From: Folioceros fuciformis
Lineage: Eukaryota
Assembly (NCBI GenBank): GCA_049999805.1
Contig: JBNGIO010006283.1
Location: 296,742 to 327,190 of the forward strand
DNA length: 30,449 nucleotides
Direction of reading: 5' to 3'
Made by a program: the position numbers and the translations under genes. The notes beneath the pieces are model-generated. The model saw nothing but the letters and a program-made list of their open reading frames with translations. It was not told where the DNA came from and did not search any database. Shown piece after piece: positions 23,068 through 30,449 of the stretch. Every line of letters begins with the position of its first letter. Positions within the stretch are counted from its first letter, which is position 1.

Positions 23068-26000
23068 TCAGCCATAGCTCGCAATTAAGTCGTCCATCTC
23101 CTGCAGCACATCGAAGGAGCCCGTGCCGGATTCCACGACACGGCCCATGACGATACGGGAGGAGGGAGATTCCAAAGTGTCGATTTCCTGCTGCAGGGTG
23201 GCATCCACAAGGAAGCTCGTGGCCGTCTCAAAGCTCATCTTGAGAAAGGGAGAGTGGCTGGACTGGATCCCACTTCTGTTGAATCCCCGAAAGCCTCCGC
23301 CGGAGGTCATGAAATCGGCAATGAGACCCAAGTGACGGCTGTTCACAACAATACCGTACAGCCCAAACACGGCTTGCACCTCCGACAATATTGTCGCCCG
23401 AGCAGCTTCCACCCCGTACACCTGAAGCATGGCTGCAATGCTGTTTGTGGTTAGCCTGCTTATATCTAAATCCTCATGAAACGCCCACAGTCCCTCAAAG
23501 TTGACACCATCTGCCTGCAAGGCTGGGATGTTGGGATCGCCTTTGTAGTCAATCACCGCACACCGTTCGATACCTGCAACAGACCGCACCGTCACGTGCC
23601 TGGCCACCTTCTCAACAATCTGCGAGTACGTTCACACCACTCATTAATACAGGCACCCTAGCTGATCATGCACGCACCATCTGCACAAATGATGTTACCT
23701 CTGTCAACATGATCGGAGGATGTTTCTTTTTCACAGTCAATCGGATCTCGAACATTGACCCCTTGGCAGAGAACATGTTCTCTAGATCACTTTCTTTCTT
23801 CATCCCTTTCCCAACTCCACCAGTGGAAGGTGGTTTCACGTAAGCTTGATGTACACTGCTTCTTCCACTCGATTCTCCTTCCGCGTCATCAACATCACTA
23901 TCAGGCTCAGCAGTTCCTCCATTGCTCGTCAGGTCCCTCTTCCCCTGCCGTTGTCCCTCTTCCTCCACCTCCTCCATGATTGTGTCTTCCCCTTCGAACG
24001 AATTCTTCGCAATTGTCTCCTCTTCCTCATCTTCCATATCATCATATCCTCTCTCGTCAGTCCCTTGACCTCTCCTCTTCTCTGCGTCAGCACCTTCTTC
24101 GTCTATATCCTCGTCCTCGTCCTCTTCCTCCTCATCATCTTGGCCTTTTTTCTTCGCCCCAGCGTTTTCAATATCTGGCCTTTCAGCATCTCCAGGTGGC
24201 TCCTCTTTGCTGCCCTCGGATTGAGAAACAGTTGTAATTTGCACAGCTTCGCCTCGAGTTTTGCCTGAAGCTGCGAAGGCCCGACTCATCTCTTTCGACA
24301 GCCGAGGACAAAATTGGTTACGAACTACCTCCTCGCACTCTTCTAATCCAAGGTTCAGATATGCTGGGAACCTTTCTGGAGGAAAGAGGTGCAGCTTCAC
24401 CACGTAGCCTCTATGGGCCACACCGTTGTGCACCAAGAAGGGCACTTCGGAGACTTCAACCCTATCAAGAACATCTGATAGCCTAAGTTTTCTCAGTTGC
24501 GAGGCTATTCTCTCTGCATCATCCCTGGGTGCCAGCAGCAAACAAGTAACCAAATCGACACAGAATCAGCTAGCTCTTGCTCAGAAAATAAGGGCAAGAC
24601 AGCAGTTCTGAATTGAACAGATCAAAAGACATCCAGCTGAAGTTTGTCAGAATCCACACCTTGTTCTACCAGCTTGCAATGGGCACGTCATGATAGGTGT
24701 AGATATCTCCTTTGATGCAGTCATTAAAATTTCGCGAAGGCGCGGAATGCCAAGAGTCACATTCATCTCTCCACGTCCAGCAAAGTGGAAAGTGTTCAAC
24801 CTGTATCATGCAATGTTTGCACACAAATGAGCCCAAGGCACCCATCCCGCATGAGCGCTGGTGAAGTCAATTATTTTACACAAGACTTATCAGTTTAGCC
24901 TTCCAACAAAGAAACTTACGTCATTTGTGTCGACGGCTCACCGACAGATTGGGCAGCAACCACACCCACTGGTTCCCCTGGGTTGGCAAGACTTGACACA
25001 TACTTCATTTCCATCAACTTCTTGAAGTTTTCCTTCTGATAAGTATGTCGCAGCTGCATATGTTTCCTTTCTTGTCTTGAGAAAGAGTCCACACGTGCAA
25101 GAAAGTCATCCAGCTCCTGCATGTATGCTTCTGATAAACTCTCGAGGGATTCACTGTTCTGAGCATCAACCTTCACAGACCGTCTCTTTTTCTTCTTGCT
25201 ACTCTTCTCCAGACAGGATTGCAGCAAGTCGTCTCTGCCCAAGCGAGTTGCCACCAGATCTTGGTTCTACAGGAGGGAAAAACAAGTGCATTTAGATCAC
25301 AACCCTCCTGCACATTTCAGACGTCACTGCATGAGAAGGAAGGCACAGGGAATCTCAGTATCTCACAAGCGCAAGTCTCTCAAACTGTTCCAGAAATCCA
25401 GATTTTGTTACATCCACACCATCTTCTCCATAGCGAAACTGTATGATGGAATTGTCAGAGTCTCGCACAGTGTAATCATAGTGCACTTTCAATGACTCAA
25501 GATGTTTCACAAGACATCTTTGTAGATAGCCACTGCTTGATGTCTTCACCGCCGTGTCTACCAGTCTGTACGACAGGTTGCAGTATAAGAATCGATACAA
25601 AGGGTGGTAAACAAACAAAAGAACACACTCGTCTGTTAAGCATATCAAATCTGGTCTTACCCATCGCGACCTGCCATGCAATGAAAGTAGTATTCCTGAG
25701 GCCTTAAGCCAGTCAAAAAACGATCACTGATAAAGCCACCTGCCCGAGCTCCAGTATCCCAAGCAGGAAAGCATGGCAGAGTCTTGCCCGAAGCCATACG
25801 TGGTACACGCTTCCCCTCCAGCTCTTGCTGGCCTAAAAGGGAAGAAATCTGAGTGAAGTTTACCTGCAGATGTGAGCACAGTAAGTATCCCCACCAACCT
25901 GTGACATCATTCATGTTGTCTCAGCTAGAGGGAAGCTTCCAAGAAGAGAGATTGGATAGCTGAACAGGTTTGTGCTCACCAAACCACCCTTTGCCCCTGT

Positions 26001-29000
26001 TACGGTCATCAACGCGAGCCCATTTGAAAGGAAAGGCTTCAGAAGCTGTCTTGGAAGCAGAGAGTTGTTTACATCAGAAGTAATGCGGTTCAGGGCACTT
26101 GTCATTGACATGTCCAGACGTGCACGCCCAGCATCTCCGGTTGTCTGCAAAATCTTCTCAACTGCCAGTTTAAGTGTCTCCAAGTCTGTTCATGTACAAA
26201 TCAAAACATTAACAACAACCTTGAAACACAAAGTTCTGGTTCAGATACCAGGTAACAGTCTGGCACGATGCAGGAGCAACATCAGAGATGCACGTAAGAA
26301 ACACTGTTCAACTGCTAAGGTTACCTGACTTGAACTCTATGTTTCTTTCAATCCCAGCACGAGCAAGCACCCTCACCTTTACTGTCAGTTTCTCTGCCCA
26401 CAAATCGCCTATGGACATCATCTCCTATCTCGTCAGCCTTCTGCAACTTCATGGACCGTTCTTGCTCTCCACGTGGCTTCATCAGCAAGTCTGACAGACG
26501 GATTGAGTGACCATGCATCTGCTTTACATCAAAGGGTCAGCTTCGGTCAGACAGGTCCAGTAGATCACAGAGCAAAAAGGACAAAACACCACAAACCTTT
26601 AAATAAAAGGTGAACAAACGACTGAAGATAGAAAGTAGGCATCCAGTAGCTTCAGGTCCATAAAGCTCTTGGAATGTATGCACCAAGCCATACTGGCCAA
26701 ACTGAGCTTTATCAATCACACCACACAGAAGCTCATTGTTGCTGATGACTACTTCTACTTCACCACTTGTCTTGCCCCAATAATCCCCTGGCACCTTTCC
26801 TGGTGCTTTCATCGAAAAGGGACGAGACCCACTTGTCATATAATTCAACACTGTTGTGATTACCTGCTCAAACAGAGTACCGTTAGCTAACACCGAGAAA
26901 GCCTGCAGGAATGCCGCAATGAACAAGAGCTCAGAAGAGACACGGGGACTCACAAAGTACCTGCTTTCCCGTCCACAGGGGCCGGGGTTTGAGAATAGCT
27001 GGAGGAAGTGGCCTTATTGGCCTAACGCCTTCAACTATTCCCACACCACGGTTCGGTGTCAACCAACGTGGTGGTGGAGATGAATCACAAGCTGTCCAAA
27101 CCAGCTGGTGGTAGTCTTCTTTGGTAAAAAATGTGTCACGCTTTGTAAGAAGAGTTGCACTGACAATGTGATCCTGAAAAGTACACCAGAGAGCTACTCA
27201 AAAGTGCGACTTGAAAAATGGTACTAATTTCAAGTGCTGACCACTAACAGGTTCAGTAACGGAAGTATCCATGACATAACCACGTTTGGGATCCCCACAA
27301 CACTTGATATCCCCACCATATGCCTGTACCTGAATAAGTCCACGCAGAGGAGATCCACTAGTCGGCGTCACATATTGCTGATCTGCGTTCACAATGCAAT
27401 ATGCTTCCGCTCGTCCATTTTCGTCTTGCGGGAAATGAACATTCATCTCATCCCCATCAAAATCTGCATTATACGTGCTGAAAATAACACCAACAGGAGT
27501 TTGTTTTGAAATCAACAACAAGGTTGAATAAGATGTCATATTGCCCTAAATAATCAACGAGTGCACTACCAGATAAGCACCTGCAGTTTGCGTAATGCAA
27601 CCGAAGCGTTTTTTCACCCTTGAGAACCCGTGCACGATGTGCCATCACTCCTGGTTTGTGAAGGGTTGGCTGTTTGGCACAATCAAATGTGTCAGCGACT
27701 TCTTAACAGAAAACTGAAATTATGCACTCCTACCGGCACAGGACACTGACAACAGCACTGAAGGCTGGATGCCCTCACCTGTCGATTAGCTAGTAAAATG
27801 TCTCCATCTCTCAAATGTCTATACACGATTTTCCCTCCAGCTTTCCCCCCACTTGCAATTTCAGGATGAGACCCACCAGGAGTGCTAGAAGTGGCAGCTC
27901 CAGGTGTAGAGAGGAGTGTCTTTGCAAGAGCTATCCGTTTGTACTTGGGAAGACGATCCAAGCTAGTAACGTTTCCTTGCTCATCCTCAATATGAGTTGC
28001 CCCAGGATGAGTATTTGCTCCATTCTCAACAGCCTTTCTCATTACTTGAGCATTCCAAGGTGTCACTCTCTGCCAGAATGGCGTAAGGTTTGGATGTCAG
28101 TTAAGGACGCTTAAGAAGGGTGCCTCAAGCAAATGCACGAACTCCTGAACTTAACGACTGGCTCCTTACCTCTGGATACGTCAATCGAGTTGCAAAGTAC
28201 GGAGGAATGCCAATTTCGTTGACAGCAATGTAAGGATCAGGCGAAATGACAGACCGGCACGCATAATTGACACGCTTTCCCATCATATTCATACGGAACA
28301 AGCCCGCCTTTTTTTCCAACAATTGCCGCACTCCAGCTCCCATTTCAGCTGTTTGCTTACTAGCTGATTGACCAGGAAAGAGACAGTAATGTAGCATTTG
28401 CCGTACACCACGCTAACACCAGCTAAACTAGTGGATGCAAGCTACAACTACCCATAGTTCAAATAACTTTGCAGAGGAGTTGGGTGCTTACCAGTGGAGC
28501 TATCCAACAGTGCATTCACGCTGTTTTGTAGATTCAACCACAATTGAGTTGTCTTGGACAAGTCAACCTTTGGATTTCTTGCTGCTTCGGTAAGATTCAA
28601 ATTTGCTTGGACAATCCTACTGTAGAAGACGTTTTGTGGATGCTCTAAGAGCTGGATGGCAATAGCCACGAATAGGGATCAACATTACAACCAAGTGACA
28701 GCTGCTAGAAACTCCAAACGAGCAACGAAACTTACATCTTCACCCATCTTGTTTGGGGGACGAAACCTATTGGGGGTGACAACAATATCATTGAGAAAGA
28801 ACATTGAGAAACTGTTTTTTGGGTAAGGAGAGGCTGCTGTAGACTCCCTCAACTGATCGATTCCCCAAATAAGAGAACAGATCTGGGCCTCTCGCTCCCA
28901 CAAACGCCTCATGTGTTCCCTGACCTGTGAATGACGAAGACAAAAAGCCATTTCCAAGGTAGCACCGTCACAACAATGTGAACCAACATAACACGACAAA

Positions 29001-30439
29001 AGACTGCAGAAACTGTTCTACACAGGAAGCTGACCTCCATGCTTGTCAGGAACCGGGGCTCACTGCGCTGCTCTAGATCCTTAGGATTGATGGCATATGT
29101 TCCTGTCTTTGGCGGCTTCTTCACGGCATCTACATTCCCTGGTATTCCATGATCATTTTCCTTGTCCTTTCCATCTGACGGCCGTAAGTCGTCACTGAGC
29201 TCATCCTCCCCCTCCTCCTTCTCCTCCTCCTCAGAAGGATCGCCCTTCACTGTGATCCCCCTCATGAATGTCTTAGGATCAAACACCTTATTCTTCATGA
29301 GGTTTGTGACGAGGCGGCTCTTGGTAAGAGGTAACTACGACAATTTCCAACAGGTTAGGAATACAACAAGGGCAGTGATTTTCTAGAAATACAAGATCCC
29401 CAACGTTAACACAGCGGGAAGCACAAGCTATGCATGCAAACTGCTGCACCTGAAAAATCTTCCCAACGCCTTCAGGCTTGAAAGCAGGAACATTAGCGTC
29501 ACAATTGGCACATTTTAGCCTCGGCATGGCCTCAAAAAATTGCTTGATGATGTCTTTAAGGGCAGACACTTGAAAAGAAGTCAAGTGCAGTTCACCCTCA
29601 CCCGCCAGTTTGGAGAGGTCAGCTTCGTCTGCACATGATGAATTGTCCCAATCATGATGCATTTCAATCTCTTGGACAGTTCCATCGTCTTCCTCATCTT
29701 TCTCTGTTTTCTGTGTGCGGACGGCCATAGCCTCCACCATGCAACCAGTTGCTACAAGAGCAAGTTTTTTAGCGAACGCAGCCACCTGCGTCATGTACAA
29801 AGGGTCAGTGTTTCTGAACTGATATTCCGCAGACAGACTTTCCCACCCACCAGCAGGAGATGAATATTTACCTCGTCCTTCTTCAGCCTGAAATGATGGC
29901 AGTAGATGCATGTGCAACGTAGCGTCTTCATAAGTATCTTGAAAACCATGGGGTTGTACACAGGCAGAATCAAACTGATATGCCCAAAATGTCCAGGACA
30001 CTGGAAGGTGTTCTCCCCGCAGGTGGGACACCTGATCACGTAGAGAATGAGAATCAGAGAAGCCGGTCAAGAGCCACGGTTGTGAAATCAGCGAAGCCTA
30101 TAGGGCCCGGGTTCAGTCACCTTAGTGACAGAAACGCAGGAACTTACTTGGCATTTTGCTCGACGGGACCAAGAGCAGGATCATACAGGCCGCCCTTCAC
30201 AGCTATTTTGAAACTGTCGAATAAAACGGGGCTGGTAATTTGCCTTACACTAATCTTGCGTACTTCCGCATCGGTGTAGAATGCAAATCTGACGGCATCC
30301 ACCTGTGCTTCCACAGCCTGACGCAGCACCATTTCCCACTGTCACAATGCAGGAGCCTAAAACAAAAAGCAATTCAACTCCAAAAAGCTGCGCACAAGCG
30401 AGCCACCCTCACCTCAGGGCGTCCCTGAAGCCGGGCCAT
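23068..30439 (-). CDS. NRPA1: DNA-directed RNA polymerase I largest subunit, ~1719 aa, 21 exons
   Basis: Exons 30439-30413, 30317-30148, 30031-29872, 29785-29450, 29334-29035, 28924-28736, 28651-28492, 28363-28170, 28069-27779, 27669-27581, 27477-27330, 27173-26961, 26863-26597, 26518-26377, 26185-25980, 25863-25661, 25565-25367, 25266-24920, 24800-24660, 24524-23699, 23619-23068 (5160 nt, all GT-AG). [31 protein letters not shown], catalytic [11 protein letters not shown], Pol I-type [29 protein letters not shown], acidic expander loop, KMSFET. Confidence 0.96.
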
Positions 30440-30449
30440 GGTTTGAGAT

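Noticed and set aside
23850-24200. Long acidic low-complexity tract in NRPA1 as a novel insertion
   Set aside because: It corresponds to the known Pol I expander / DNA-mimicking loop region.
30144-30332. ATG at 30332 as the NRPA1 start
   Set aside because: A short upstream exon (30439-30413, MARLQGRPE) with a good GAG|GTGAGG donor splices in frame to 30317, placing 30332 in intron 1. It remains possible as an alternative start.

Overview
Gene-dense eukaryotic nuclear DNA from a seed-free land plant, with short spliceosomal introns (mostly 65-225 nt). An epsilon-tubulin gene implies flagellated sperm, and a PPR pseudogene has the HAE-type 'DYW:KP' domain. Together with the compact layout these point to a hornwort or a similar lineage (inference). 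Exon models were built by hand from splice signals and protein-family motifs. In order: AMT2 ammonium transporter (+, 5'-truncated, intronless in view); alliinase/TAR3-4-type PLP enzyme with EGF-like domain (-, 5 exons, several altered active-site residues); an AT-rich repeat-laden island with a 2-exon zf-BED gene and telomere-like repeats; RD19-like cysteine protease (+); ethanolamine kinase (+); GAUT10/11 (-); CCB4 (+, needs a GC-AG intron); cystatin (-); a decayed PLS-PPR-DYW:KP pseudogene (+); a 16-exon epsilon-tubulin almost invisible in the ORF track (-, needs a non-canonical GA-AG intron 2); plastid thioredoxin x interrupted by a 100-N gap (+); and the complete 21-exon RNA polymerase I largest subunit NRPA1 (-, with R-to-S in the bridge helix). 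No rRNA, tRNA or CRISPR was seen. No wholly new system is demonstrated. The best leads are the GA-AG intron, the DYW:KP relic and the altered alliinase-family active site.
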